From an uncultured Trueperaceae bacterium (GTDB lineage: Bacteria; Deinococcota; Deinococci; Deinococcales; Trueperaceae), in NCBI GenBank assembly GCA_963815215.1, contig CAWFFU010000003.1, forward strand, positions 1,056,001-1,120,000: 64,000 bases of DNA, read 5' to 3'. Under the pieces are notes generated by a model. The model was not told the DNA's origin. It did no database searches and was given only the letters and a program-made list of their open reading frames with translations. Both the position numbers and the translations under genes were made by a program. Position 1 is the stretch's first letter. Each line of letters starts with the position of its first letter. Below, piece after piece: positions 13,985 through 23,299 of this stretch.

Positions 13985-14167
13985 CCCGCTACTGTAGCCG
14001 CTCCGTGCGGCCCCGCCACGCGGGCGGGCGTGACGGTCGTCTCCGGGCGGCCGCGGCAGCACGCTAGGCTGAGGCGCTGGCCCCCGTCCTCGGGCCCTCC
14101 ACGGGCGCCTGGCGGGCCGAGCACGGCCGCTGTAAGAGTTCCGTAAGCGCGGAACGTTAGGCTGCCG

Positions 14168-14241
14168 GTGAGGAAGCGTTGAAGCTCGATCTGCATTTGG
14201 GCGCTTGGATCGAGTGGAGCTAGTAGCGCACCCGGCCTCAC
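14168..14241 (+). ncRNA. c-di-GMP-II-like riboswitch aptamer 1
   Basis: GGAAGC.TTGAAG...TGGGCGCTTG...TGGAGCTAGTAGCGCACCCGGCC. P1 GTGAGG/CCTCAC, inner stem CTCGATC/GATCGAG, pseudoknot GCGCT/AGCGC. Confidence 0.88.
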
Positions 14242-14286
14242 GTCTTCGGCGGCATCATCGTGCCGTACGCTCGTGACCCGCCCGTC

Positions 14287-14325
14287 AAGCGCCCATCGTC
14301 AGGTCGATGTGGCGCTTCGTTGTTT
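14287..14325 (+). terminator. Putative intrinsic terminator forming the expression platform of aptamer 1
   Basis: AAGCGCC-CATCG-tcaggt-CGATG-t-GGCGCTT followed by CGTTGTTT (imperfect U tract). Confidence 0.6.
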
Positions 14326-14354
14326 GCACCTGCCGCTCGGCCCCTCGACCGAAG

Positions 14355-14432
14355 GGTTCGGAGGCTATGAGCCGAGACTCCCAACATGGGCATCAAGGGA
14401 CTCGGGGAGCCAGTGATGCAACCGGCCGGACC
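14355..14432 (+). ncRNA. c-di-GMP-II-like riboswitch aptamer 2
   Basis: GGAGGCTATGAG...TGGGCATCAA...GGAGCCAGTGATGCAACCGGCC. P1 GGTTCGG/CCGGACC, stem CCGAG/CTCGG, pseudoknot GCATCA/TGATGC. Confidence 0.85.
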
Positions 14433-14518
14433 TGGTACCGCATGTGCGGGCCGGATGGCCCACGCTCGCGGGCGCCAGCGCTCCCCCGGTTGCATCCGTC
14501 GACGAAGGGGGACGACGG

Positions 14519-14998
14519 ATGCGCCGCACTGGCACGACCGCTCTGACGTTGCTGTTCGGCTGGATGCTGTTCTCCGGCGTGGCCGGAGCTCAGGCCACCG
14601 CCCGCAACACCGTAACCGTGCACATCCCCAGCGTGCTGCGACTGAGCATCGATCAGGGCACGGCGAGCGATTCGCAGACCCTCGACGTGACCGTCGGCGG
14701 CACCGTCGACGGCACCTTCGACGGCACGCTGGTGGACCCGGGAAGCGTGACCGTCAAGGTCTTCGCGAACACCCAATGGGTCCTGTCGATCGAGGACAAG
14801 AGCCCCGCCGCCCCGACCCTTCAGGTCTGCACCACGTACGCGAGCCTGGCAGGCTGCTACCCGCTCGATCCCACGAAGAAGTTCGCTACGCAGCCGCCCA
14901 CCGGAGGCTGGCAGGACATCCCCCTGACGCTCCGCGTGAATTCGCCCGTCGCCACCACCATGACCCACACCCTGACCTTCACCCTGAGCCGGCCCTGA
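14519..14998 (+). CDS. Secreted pilin/fimbrial-subunit-like protein
   Basis: Signal peptide ending AGA|Q, N-terminal alternating strand TVTVHIP, one Cys pair, C-terminal THTLTFTL strand. Confidence 0.7.
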   Translation: MRRTGTTALTLLFGWMLFSGVAGAQATARNTVTVHIPSVLRLSIDQGTASDSQTLDVTVGGTVDGTFDGTLVDPGSVTVKVFANTQWVLSIEDKSPAAPTLQVCTTYASLAGCYPLDPTKKFATQPPTGGWQDIPLTLRVNSPVATTMTHTLTFTLSRP

Positions 14999-15025
14999 AT
15001 CGCATGGTCCCGCGCGCGGCCGCCG

Positions 15026-15340
15026 CTACCCTCGGTCGCGCGCGGGTGGGTCGACGCCTCGACCGTCGACCGCCGGCTCCTCGACCTCTAGCTCCCCGGC
15101 GTCGCCCTCCCCGGCATCGCCCTCCCCGATCGCGGCCGCGCCTGAAGGAGGCGCCGTTCGCACCGTCCACCACAACAACGCTCCGATGATCAGCACGATC
15201 AAGGCCACGCCCAGCGGGTCGCCGTCGAACAGGCGGATGGCGCCCGCGAGTTGCGCCAGGGCCAGCAGCGCGAACGCCGCTCCGACGATCAGGAACAGCC
15301 GGGCGAGCATGGCATAACCGCGTCGGGCGTCGTCGCTCAT
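15026..15340 (-). CDS. Small two-TM membrane protein with acidic tail
   Basis: Two hydrophobic helices followed by GEGDA repeats. Confidence 0.65.
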   Translation of the reverse strand: MSDDARRGYAMLARLFLIVGAAFALLALAQLAGAIRLFDGDPLGVALIVLIIGALLWWTVRTAPPSGAAAIGEGDAGEGDAGELEVEEPAVDGRGVDPPARDRG

Positions 15341-15386
15341 GAACGCGGCCATGATAGCAGCGCCACGGTTCGGAGCGGTCCGGCCG

Positions 15387-15956
15387 TCAGGACACCAGCT
15401 CACGGAAGCGGAAGCACCCCACCGTGTGGTCATTGACGAGCCCCGTCGCCTGCATGAAGGCGTAGGCCACGGTCGGCCCCACGAAGCGGAAGCCGCGCCG
15501 CCTCAGATCCTTCGCCAGCACGGTAGACGCCTCGGTCACGGCGGGGACGTCCTCCGCCGAGCCCCTCTCGCCGACGATGGGAGCGCAGGGGACCGCACCC
15601 CAGACGAAGGCGTCGAAGCTACCGAACGCCTCCTGAACACGCAGGAAGGCCTGCGCGTTGGCGATGGACGCGCGGATCTTGCCGCCGTTGCGCACGATGC
15701 CTGCGTCGGCCAGCAAGCGGGCCACGTCCGCCTCGCCGAAGCGCGCGACCCTGGCCGGATCGAACTCCGCGAATGCGGAGCGGAAGGCCTCGCGCTTGTG
15801 GAGGATGGTGCGCCAGCTCAGCCCCGCCTGGAAGCTCTCCAGCAGCAGCATCTCGAACCAGTGCCGATCGTCGTGAACGGGTACGCCCCACTCCTCGTCG
15901 TGGTAGCGCCGCATCCGTGGATCGCTACCGGCCCAGGCGCAGCGGGACCGCGTCAC
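15387..15956 (-). CDS. tag: DNA-3-methyladenine glycosylase I
   Basis: RCAW, YHDEEWG, LESFQAGLSW, FRFVGPT, NDHTVGC. Confidence 0.96.
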   Translation of the reverse strand: MTRSRCAWAGSDPRMRRYHDEEWGVPVHDDRHWFEMLLLESFQAGLSWRTILHKREAFRSAFAEFDPARVARFGEADVARLLADAGIVRNGGKIRASIANAQAFLRVQEAFGSFDAFVWGAVPCAPIVGERGSAEDVPAVTEASTVLAKDLRRRGFRFVGPTVAYAFMQATGLVNDHTVGCFRFRELVS

Positions 15957-16873
15957 CCGTTGCCGCCGACGTGCAGCACCAGGGCGGCGTAGATGAAGTC
16001 GTTGACCGGTGTCGGAACCTCCAGCGCGCGCCCGAGCCGGGACGCGGCACCGTTGAGCGCCTCGAGCTCGAGGCGCTTGCCTGCGGCCAGATCCTGCGCC
16101 AGCGACGACGTCATGGTCGGCTCGGCGGTCTCTCTGGCGAACCTCATGGCCCCCTCGACCGCGTCGTCGGGAAGCTCCACTCCGCTGGCCGCCGCCAGCG
16201 CCGCGATCTCCTGCATGCTGCGCCTGAGGAGCTCGCGCGTCTCGGGTTGCTCCATGATCGGGCCGATCGGCCTCCGGGTCAGCGCGGTCAGACCGCTGAA
16301 CGCGCAGATGAGCAGCCATTTGCGCCACAGTGCGGCCCTCGGATCGGCCTCCAGCGTGACCTCGACCCCGGCGCTCTCGAAGGCGGCCAGGACCGCGTCG
16401 GCGCGTCGATCACCGGCCACCAGCGGGCCGAACACGACCCGCGCGAACGGACTCTTGTGGACGATCTCGCCCGGCGCGCCGAGCACCGCCTCGATATAGG
16501 CGACTCCCGCCAGCACCCGCTCGTCCCCGAAGCGACGCCGGAGCACCTCGACCCCGTCGACGCCGTTCTGGAGCGTGAGTACGCGACTGTCCCGGTTCAC
16601 CAGCGGCGCGATCAGCGCCGCTGCTTCGGCGCTGTCCTGCGCCTTCACCGTGAACAGCACCAGGTCCGCGTTGCCGGCGGCCCGCGCATCCTCGACCACC
16701 GCGATCCCCGCCAGGTGCGCGTCTCCGAGCGTGCTGCGAAGGCGCAGCCCGTCCTCCATGAGCGCCTCCAGATGGGCCCCACGTGCGACCAGCGTGACCC
16801 GGTGTCCGGCCTGGGCCAGGCGCCCGCCGAAGTACCCTCCTACCGCGCCGGCACCCATCACGACGACATCCAT
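15953..16873 (-). CDS. panE: 2-dehydropantoate 2-reductase
   Basis: GAGAVGG, VK, LQNG, WRKW, SSLAQD, LELEALNG. Confidence 0.9.
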   Translation of the reverse strand: MDVVVMGAGAVGGYFGGRLAQAGHRVTLVARGAHLEALMEDGLRLRSTLGDAHLAGIAVVEDARAAGNADLVLFTVKAQDSAEAAALIAPLVNRDSRVLTLQNGVDGVEVLRRRFGDERVLAGVAYIEAVLGAPGEIVHKSPFARVVFGPLVAGDRRADAVLAAFESAGVEVTLEADPRAALWRKWLLICAFSGLTALTRRPIGPIMEQPETRELLRRSMQEIAALAAASGVELPDDAVEGAMRFARETAEPTMTSSLAQDLAAGKRLELEALNGAASRLGRALEVPTPVNDFIYAALVLHVGGNG

Positions 16874-16952
16874 GGGCACGAGGATAGCACCGGCCCCGCC
16901 CGACTTCCGACCTGAGGCGGACGCCGGTGCTCGTTCGCTGCGCCGAAGCGCG

Positions 16953-17915
16953 TCAGCCTTCTCGCGGGGTGGAGCTCCGCTCGCGCTTGTGCTGGTACAT
17001 GCGCTCATCGGCGCGAGCGAGCAGGGCCTCGAAGGACTCGGCGTCGTCGGGGTAGAGCGCCGCGCCCACGCTGGCGCTGAGTTGCACGGTGTAGTCCGCG
17101 AGGTGGATGGGCTCCTCGATCGATTGGATGAGGCGCTCGGCGACGCGGTCCAGCGTGCCGACGTCGGCGTCGCCGAGCAGCACCGCGAACTCATCGCCGC
17201 CGATGCGGGCCACCATCTCGCCGGGGCGCACGTTCTGCTTGAGCCGCTGGCCGATGACGCTCAGCACGCTGTCGCCGGCCTCGTGCCCGTGCCAGTCGTT
17301 GATCCTCTTGAAGCCGTTGAGATCGAAGTAGATGATGGCCATCTGCATCCGGCGCTTGCGCCAGACCCAGAAGCGCGACTTCAGGTGGCGCCGGTTGGGC
17401 AACCCCGTCAGGTCGTCGTGGTTCATCAACTCGACTGCCTGGCGCAGCACGTCCTTGTAGTTGGTGATGGACCGGAACAGCACCACCACGTGATCCTCGT
17501 CGACAGGCACCACCGTCACCACATACCACCAGGCGGGCGCCGCCTCCGCGATCTCATCGTCCACTCCGTCCCCGTCGACCTCACTGATATCGGGTCGCTG
17601 AGCGCGGAAGGGCGCGGTGGGAATGGCGTACTCGAACTCGCGCGGCCGCCGCCCATGCAACGCCGACGCCAGCCGCCGCATCAGACGCGGGTCGAGGTGA
17701 TCGGGGTAGACGCTTCGCAGGCGCTCGCCGACGACTTCCTTCGGGGCCGTGCGCAGGATTCCGGCAGCGACCGCGTTGAGGTCCACCCAAACGAAGTCGC
17801 GAAGCCGGCCCGCGTCGTTGCGCACCGCCCGGAACACCACCACCCCGTGCGGCAGGTTTCGGAAGAAGCCCGTCCACATCTTGCCCCAGTCCTCGCTGTG
17901 CTCGGCCTCGCTCAT
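16953..17915 (-). CDS. PAS-like plus GGDEF diguanylate cyclase
   Basis: DDLTGLPNRR, DLNGFKRIND.HGHEAGD, RIGGDEF. Confidence 0.93.
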   Translation of the reverse strand: MSEAEHSEDWGKMWTGFFRNLPHGVVVFRAVRNDAGRLRDFVWVDLNAVAAGILRTAPKEVVGERLRSVYPDHLDPRLMRRLASALHGRRPREFEYAIPTAPFRAQRPDISEVDGDGVDDEIAEAAPAWWYVVTVVPVDEDHVVVLFRSITNYKDVLRQAVELMNHDDLTGLPNRRHLKSRFWVWRKRRMQMAIIYFDLNGFKRINDWHGHEAGDSVLSVIGQRLKQNVRPGEMVARIGGDEFAVLLGDADVGTLDRVAERLIQSIEEPIHLADYTVQLSASVGAALYPDDAESFEALLARADERMYQHKRERSSTPREG

Positions 17916-17962
17916 CCCTTGCCGTTCATCTTAGCGCTCCCCGAGGCGTGCTCGGACGTCCG

Positions 17963-18808
17963 CTAGCCGGATACCTCGTCGCCGAGCGCCACCGGCGACT
18001 CTCGATAGCTGCACCAGTCGCTCCACGATCCGGCGTACAAGCGGGCGCCGGCCATGCCGGCGACCTCCATCGCCAGGACGGCGTGCGCGGCGCTGACGCC
18101 GGAACCGCAGTAGGTGACCACCTCGCCGCGTCCCCGCGCCACCGCGAACTGCGCTGCCAGGGCCGGCGGCTCGACGAAGCGGCCGTCGGCGCCGAGCGTG
18201 CGCTCATAAGGTCGATTGACGGCCGAAGGGATGTGCCCGGCGATGGGATCGATCGGTTCGGTCTCGCCGCGATAGCGCTCCGGCGAACGCACGTCGATGA
18301 TGCACCAGCGCGGGTCGTGCAGCGCGGCCCTCACTCTCCCCCGGTCGACGATCATCTCCGGTCGGAGCCGGAGCGAGAGCGTCGCGGGCCGGTGGCGGGA
18401 ATCCTCCCGGCTCGACGGTCCGCCCGCCTCCCGGTACGCGCGATAGCCACCATCGAGGACGCGCACCCGCTCGTGGCCGGCGAAGCGCAGAAGCCACCAG
18501 GCGCGCGCCGCGAACATGGTGCCACCCTGGTCGTAGACCACCACCTCGTGCTCGTCGCCGACGCCGCGCTCGCCCAGCGCTCGGACGAACGCCTCCATGT
18601 CCGGCAGCGGGTGTCGGCCGCCGTGCTCGGCCGCGGGTGCCGCCAGATCCTCGTCCAGATCGACGAACACCGCACCCGGCACGTGCCCCTCCAGGTAGGT
18701 TCGCCGGCCGAGGCTCGGGTCCTGCAGCTCGAAGCGCGCGTCGAGGATGCGCAGACCCGGGTCGTCGAGCCTGCGCAGCAGCGTATCGGCGTCGATGAGG
18801 GGCTCCAT
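17963..18808 (-). CDS. Tandem-rhodanese sulfurtransferase (SseA-like)
   Basis: GHVPGA, GGRHPLP, YCGSGVSA, YAGSWSDW. Confidence 0.93.
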   Translation of the reverse strand: MEPLIDADTLLRRLDDPGLRILDARFELQDPSLGRRTYLEGHVPGAVFVDLDEDLAAPAAEHGGRHPLPDMEAFVRALGERGVGDEHEVVVYDQGGTMFAARAWWLLRFAGHERVRVLDGGYRAYREAGGPSSREDSRHRPATLSLRLRPEMIVDRGRVRAALHDPRWCIIDVRSPERYRGETEPIDPIAGHIPSAVNRPYERTLGADGRFVEPPALAAQFAVARGRGEVVTYCGSGVSAAHAVLAMEVAGMAGARLYAGSWSDWCSYRESPVALGDEVSG

Positions 18809-18859
18809 GACGCGAGTCTACCGGCCGGAGCCGACCCGGCGTCGTCGTTACAATGCCGC

Positions 18860-19678
18860 ATGCCGAGCCCGCGCCGCATCGACAGCGCCCGCAACCCGTT
18901 GGTGAAGGAGATCGCCGCCCTCAAGGTACGCCGCGAGCGGGACCGAACCGGCCGGATCCTCATCGAAGGCTTGCGCGAGGCGGAGCGCGCCGCCGAGGCC
19001 GGCTTGACGCTCGAGCGCCTGCTGCTGGCTCCGGAGTCGTGGCCCGACGGCAGCCGCGAGACGGCCGAGGCCCTGCAACGCGCCGCCGCGTCCCGCGGGG
19101 CGGACGTGGTCCACCTGTCCCCCGACGCCTTCCGGCGCCTCAGTCTGCGCGAGCGTCCGGACGGCGTCGCCGTGGTGGCGCTCTCCCCCGCGCGCGCCCT
19201 CGAGCGCCTGACGCTGCCGGATGATCCCCTGGTGCTGATCCTCGACGGCCTCGAGAAGCCGGGAAACGTGGGCGCGCTCTTGCGCACCGCGGACGCGGCC
19301 GGGGTCGATGGCGTGCTGCTCACCGGCGAAGGGACCGACCTGGGCAACCCCAACGTGATCCGCGCCAGCATGGGGAGCGTGTTCGCCCTCCCGATCGCCG
19401 CCGCCTCGGCAGACGACGCCCGTACCTGGCTGCGTGCCACGCGGCTCCGTGTGGTCGCCACCACACCGCACGCCGACCTCGCCCACTGGCAGGCGGACTA
19501 CCGAGGCGGCGTGGCGGTGGTGCTGGGCTCGGAGCATGTCGGCCTGGGCGCTGCATGGCTCGACGCCGCCGATCAACGGGTGCGCATCCCGATGCGCGCC
19601 CGCCTGGCAGACAGCCTCAACGTGGGGGTGGCGGGGGCGGTGGTGTTGTTCGAGGCGATGCGGCAACGGCGCGGGTGA
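18860..19678 (+). CDS. TrmH/SpoU family RNA methyltransferase
   Basis: EKPGNVGALLRTADAAG, GSEHVG, IPM, SLNV. Confidence 0.93.
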   Translation: MPSPRRIDSARNPLVKEIAALKVRRERDRTGRILIEGLREAERAAEAGLTLERLLLAPESWPDGSRETAEALQRAAASRGADVVHLSPDAFRRLSLRERPDGVAVVALSPARALERLTLPDDPLVLILDGLEKPGNVGALLRTADAAGVDGVLLTGEGTDLGNPNVIRASMGSVFALPIAAASADDARTWLRATRLRVVATTPHADLAHWQADYRGGVAVVLGSEHVGLGAAWLDAADQRVRIPMRARLADSLNVGVAGAVVLFEAMRQRRG

Positions 19679-19723
19679 GGGCTCCGGCTGTGAGGTACGC
19701 CGGTCGTGAGGACGCCGGAGGGG

Positions 19724-20116
19724 CTAGCCTCCCGCGGTACGGCGAGCGGCCAGCAGATCGCGCACCGTGGCGCGGAAGTCCTTGCCTTCGAGCGGCTTGA
19801 CCACGATGACGTCGGCCTTGGCGTCACGTGCCATCGCCAGGGTGCTCTCGTCCTTGAGCGCGGTCAGGATGATGACCGGCACATCTTTCAGGCGGGGGAT
19901 GCGCTTCATGCGATGGCAGATGTCGATCCCTGAGATGAAGGGCATGGCGACATCCAAGATCACCAGGTCCGGCGTGTGTGTCTTCAAGTAGTCGAGTGCC
20001 TCGCGTCCGTCGGCCACCGAGTCGACGCTGTGGCCGTCGGAACCGAGGAGCATGTCGAGAACCAGTCGCTGCCCTTCGATGTCATCGGCCACCAGGATCC
20101 TCATCGGCTCATCCAC
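19724..20116 (-). CDS. Single-domain response regulator (CheY-like)
   Basis: ILVADD, LVILDVAMP (phospho-Asp), LTA, KP. Confidence 0.92.
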   Translation of the reverse strand: MDEPMRILVADDIEGQRLVLDMLLGSDGHSVDSVADGREALDYLKTHTPDLVILDVAMPFISGIDICHRMKRIPRLKDVPVIILTALKDESTLAMARDAKADVIVVKPLEGKDFRATVRDLLAARRTAGG

Positions 20117-20184
20117 CCCCCCAGCTTACGAGACGAAGGGCCGGTACATCCCGTCGTGACACGCACCGCGTGGTAGGACGGAGC

Positions 20185-20571
20185 ATGCGACCGGGACCGC
20201 CTTCCGCCCCACCGCCATCGAATCTGGTGCTCGGCCTGACGGCACAGGACCTGACGGCCACGCGCGACTTCTACGTGCGCGACGTCGGGCTCGCGATGAC
20301 CGTGGAGGAGGCGAGCCGACTGGTGGTGCGCGTCGGCGCGACGACGCTGGAGTTCCTCCAACACGACGGCCCGCTGCCGCTCGAGCATGATCTGCGCCTG
20401 ACGTTCGAGTGCGACGATCCGGCGGCCCTGCTGCGCCGGCTGCGCGCCCTGAGCGTCGAGGTCGACGTCCCGCCGCCCGCGGAGGGTCGGGGTACCGTGT
20501 TCTCCGCGCGCGACCCCGACGGTCGCCGGGTGAGCTTCGCCACGCGCCCGCGCACCGACCGCGCTCAGTAG
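20185..20571 (+). CDS. VOC/glyoxalase family protein
   Basis: TRDFYVRDVGL and RDPDG motifs. Confidence 0.8.
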   Translation: MRPGPPSAPPPSNLVLGLTAQDLTATRDFYVRDVGLAMTVEEASRLVVRVGATTLEFLQHDGPLPLEHDLRLTFECDDPAALLRRLRALSVEVDVPPPAEGRGTVFSARDPDGRRVSFATRPRTDRAQ

Positions 20572-22358
20572 AGGACCTGTAGCTCCAGCTTCGCCGGACC
20601 GGCGCGGTAGATGTCGTCGGTGGCCACCAGACCGATCGTCACGGGACCGTGCAGCCGCAGCAACAGGCTCGTGAAGATGTCGTCGGTGACCTGCCCGAAG
20701 TCCGGTACCTGCATCTCGTCCAGCCCTGCGCGACGCAACTTGCGCACGGCGTCGCCCTTGAGCTGCGTCAGGGAGTTGCGGATCTCGTCCTGAGAGGCGG
20801 GCAGGTCGGCCGAGCCGAGGTGGATCTGCCGGGTGACGACGAGCTGGCCCTTGTCGAAGAGCTTGGTGTTCTCGATCGCCTCGATGGTGACGTCGACCGT
20901 GGAGCTGAACTGGTTGCGCGGCGAGATGAGCCTCACCAGATCCGAGCCCGGGGTCTGGGCGATGACGTCGACCAGGCTGTTGAACTGGTCGGGCGTGACG
21001 CGCAGCTTCTCGACGCCGCGCCGCGCCACGTAGGTGGTAGCCGAAGCGATGAACTTGGTCAGCTCGTCCTTGATGGCAGCCGGGTCCTGCGCGTAGATCG
21101 GTCCGGCATAGATGAGCTCGTCCTTCTGGAAGGTCACGTCCCCGCTGGTGGCGCGGTTGTACTCGGCGCTGACCTCGTTGAGCTTGCGCGCCTGCTCCTC
21201 GAGGCGCCCGTTGAGCGTCTGCAGCTGTCCCTGCAGGTCCTGCACCTTCTGGTTCTGCTGCTCGATCTGCTGCTGGAGCTGGTCCTTCTGCTCGCTCAGG
21301 AGCTGATTCTGCTGCACGAAGCGCGCGTTCTCCTGAGACAGGCCCTGGTTGCGCGCCTGTAGCTCCTGGTTCTGCTGCTTCAGGGCGCTGGCCTGCCCCT
21401 GGAGCTGCTTCTGTTGCTGTTGTAGGTCGGCGACCTCCCCCTGGAGCTGGCCCACCTGAGCGCCGAGCTGCTTGGTCTGCTGCTGCAGGTCGGTCGCCTG
21501 CTGCAGGGCCTGGTCGCGCTGCTGCAGGGCCTGGTCGCGGGCCGCCTCGGCCTCCTTCTGCGAAGCCTGCGCCTTCTCCAAGCCCGCCTGAGCCGCTGTG
21601 AGCTTCTGATCGGCGTCGGTCAGGCGCTTCTCGGTGTCGGAGAGCTTGCCCTGCAGCGCGCTGAGGCGCTGGTTCGCGTCGTCGAGCTGTTGTCGCGCGG
21701 AGGCCACCTCCAGCTGCAGGCGTTGCGCATCCTGTTTGGCCCTGGCCGCATCGGCCTGGGCCTGATCGCGGGCCTTGACGGCCTCGGCCTGCGCCAGTTG
21801 AGCCGTCTGCAGGTCACTCTGGGCGCTCGCCAGCTTCGCCTGAGCCTGATCGAGCTGCGCATTCACATCCGTGACCTGCTGGCTGAGCTGGTCGACCTGG
21901 TCCTGGAGCTGGGCGCGTTGCGCCTGCAACTTGTCGCGCTCCTGGCGGGCCTGGTCGCGCTCCTGCAGAGCGGCGTCCCGCTGGGTCTGGGCGTCCTGGA
22001 TGGTCTGCTGCGCCTGGGCGAGCTCGCTCTTGAGGCTGTCGAGCTGCTTGTTGAGCTCGTTGACTTTGTCCTGCTGGACCTTCTCCTGCGCACGCAGGCG
22101 CTGCAGCTCGTCGGCCGTGCGCTGCGCGTTCACGAGCGTCTGGGTGGCGTTCTGGAAGGCCAGCGACAGCACCGTCAGGGTCGTCAGCATGATGACGATG
22201 CCCACCACGACCCCGACGATCTGTCCCGTGCGGCGGGGCCGGGCGCCGAAGAGGCTGAGTCGCCGCCTGCCCACGAACGTACCGAGCCGGTCGCCGAGGT
22301 AGGCGATGATGCCGGCCAGGGTCGCCAGCAGGAGCACCAGACCCAGCAGGTAGCCCAT
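20565..22358 (-). CDS. DUF3084-like membrane-anchored coiled-coil protein
   Basis: IAYLGDRLG..VGRRRLSLFGARPRRT N-terminus and a long Gln-rich coiled coil. Confidence 0.88.
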   Translation of the reverse strand: MGYLLGLVLLLATLAGIIAYLGDRLGTFVGRRRLSLFGARPRRTGQIVGVVVGIVIMLTTLTVLSLAFQNATQTLVNAQRTADELQRLRAQEKVQQDKVNELNKQLDSLKSELAQAQQTIQDAQTQRDAALQERDQARQERDKLQAQRAQLQDQVDQLSQQVTDVNAQLDQAQAKLASAQSDLQTAQLAQAEAVKARDQAQADAARAKQDAQRLQLEVASARQQLDDANQRLSALQGKLSDTEKRLTDADQKLTAAQAGLEKAQASQKEAEAARDQALQQRDQALQQATDLQQQTKQLGAQVGQLQGEVADLQQQQKQLQGQASALKQQNQELQARNQGLSQENARFVQQNQLLSEQKDQLQQQIEQQNQKVQDLQGQLQTLNGRLEEQARKLNEVSAEYNRATSGDVTFQKDELIYAGPIYAQDPAAIKDELTKFIASATTYVARRGVEKLRVTPDQFNSLVDVIAQTPGSDLVRLISPRNQFSSTVDVTIEAIENTKLFDKGQLVVTRQIHLGSADLPASQDEIRNSLTQLKGDAVRKLRRAGLDEMQVPDFGQVTDDIFTSLLLRLHGPVTIGLVATDDIYRAGPAKLELQVLY

Positions 22359-22416
22359 TCAGCCGCCCCGCTTCGTGCTGGATTTCACCGGACGATTTCG
22401 CATGGCCGCCCGCGCC

Positions 22417-23190
22417 TCAGATCTGGAAGTCGGCGCCGAGGTAGTAGGTCCGGACGTCGGCATCACGCGCGAACTCCTCCGGAGTGCCGTCGAAGCGCAC
22501 CCGGCCGTCGAACATCAGGTAGACGCGGTCGGCGATGGCGAGGGTCTCGCGCACGCTGTGATCGGTGAGCAGGACACCCAGCCCCCGACGCTCGCGCAAC
22601 TCCGCGATCAGCGTCTGGATCTCCCGGATGGACTTCGGATCGACCCCCGTGAAGGGCTCGTCGAGGAGGATGAAGTCCGGCTCGATGGTGAGGCTGCGCG
22701 CGATCTCGAGCCGGCGTCGCTCGCCGCCGGACAAGGTGTCGGCACGCCGACGCGCCAGTGGCCGCAGGTGGAACTCGTCCAGCAGCTCGTGCGCCCTGCG
22801 CTCCTGATCGCCTCTGCTCAACCCCTGGAACTCGAGGATGGCGAGCAGGTTGTCCTCCACGCTCAGCTTCCGGAACGCGCTGGGCTCCTGCGCCAGGTAG
22901 CCGAGCCCCTTGCGGGCGCGCCGATGCATCGGCCAGCGCGTCACGTCCTGGTCGCCCAACCGGATCGATCCGGCGTTGGGCCGGACGAAGCCGACCATCA
23001 TGTAGAAGCTGGTGGTCTTGCCGGCGCCGTTAGGACCTAGCAGCGCCACGATCTCGCCGCGCTGGAGATAGATGTCCACGCCGTCGACGACCCTACGGCC
23101 ACCGTAGCGCTTGGTGAGGCCCGTGGCCCGGAGTTCGAGCCGCTCGGTGCTCGCACGCGCGTCCTGCGGGGCACCCATCACAGCCGACAT
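22417..23190 (-). CDS. lptB: LPS-export-type ABC ATP-binding protein
   Basis: [43 protein letters not shown]. Start approximate. Confidence 0.9.
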   Translation of the reverse strand: MSAVMGAPQDARASTERLELRATGLTKRYGGRRVVDGVDIYLQRGEIVALLGPNGAGKTTSFYMMVGFVRPNAGSIRLGDQDVTRWPMHRRARKGLGYLAQEPSAFRKLSVEDNLLAILEFQGLSRGDQERRAHELLDEFHLRPLARRRADTLSGGERRRLEIARSLTIEPDFILLDEPFTGVDPKSIREIQTLIAELRERRGLGVLLTDHSVRETLAIADRVYLMFDGRVRFDGTPEEFARDADVRTYYLGADFQI

Positions 23191-23299
23191 ACCGGGCCAT
23201 GCTACCACGAGGCCCCATGAGAGGCCCTTGAGCTTTGCGCGCCGCACACGGCGCTCGGGCGCATCCGGACGCCTGGGCCCTGTGCCCGCTCCGGGCGCC

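Noticed and set aside
14139..14154. TTCCG-N6-CGGAA as a Deinococcus radiation/desiccation response motif
   Set aside because: It is 16 bp rather than the 17-bp motif, and the downstream gene is not a repair gene.
21200..22100. Repetitive CTG-rich DNA suggesting a repeat array
   Set aside because: Explained by the Gln/Leu/Ala coiled coil of the DUF3084-like protein.
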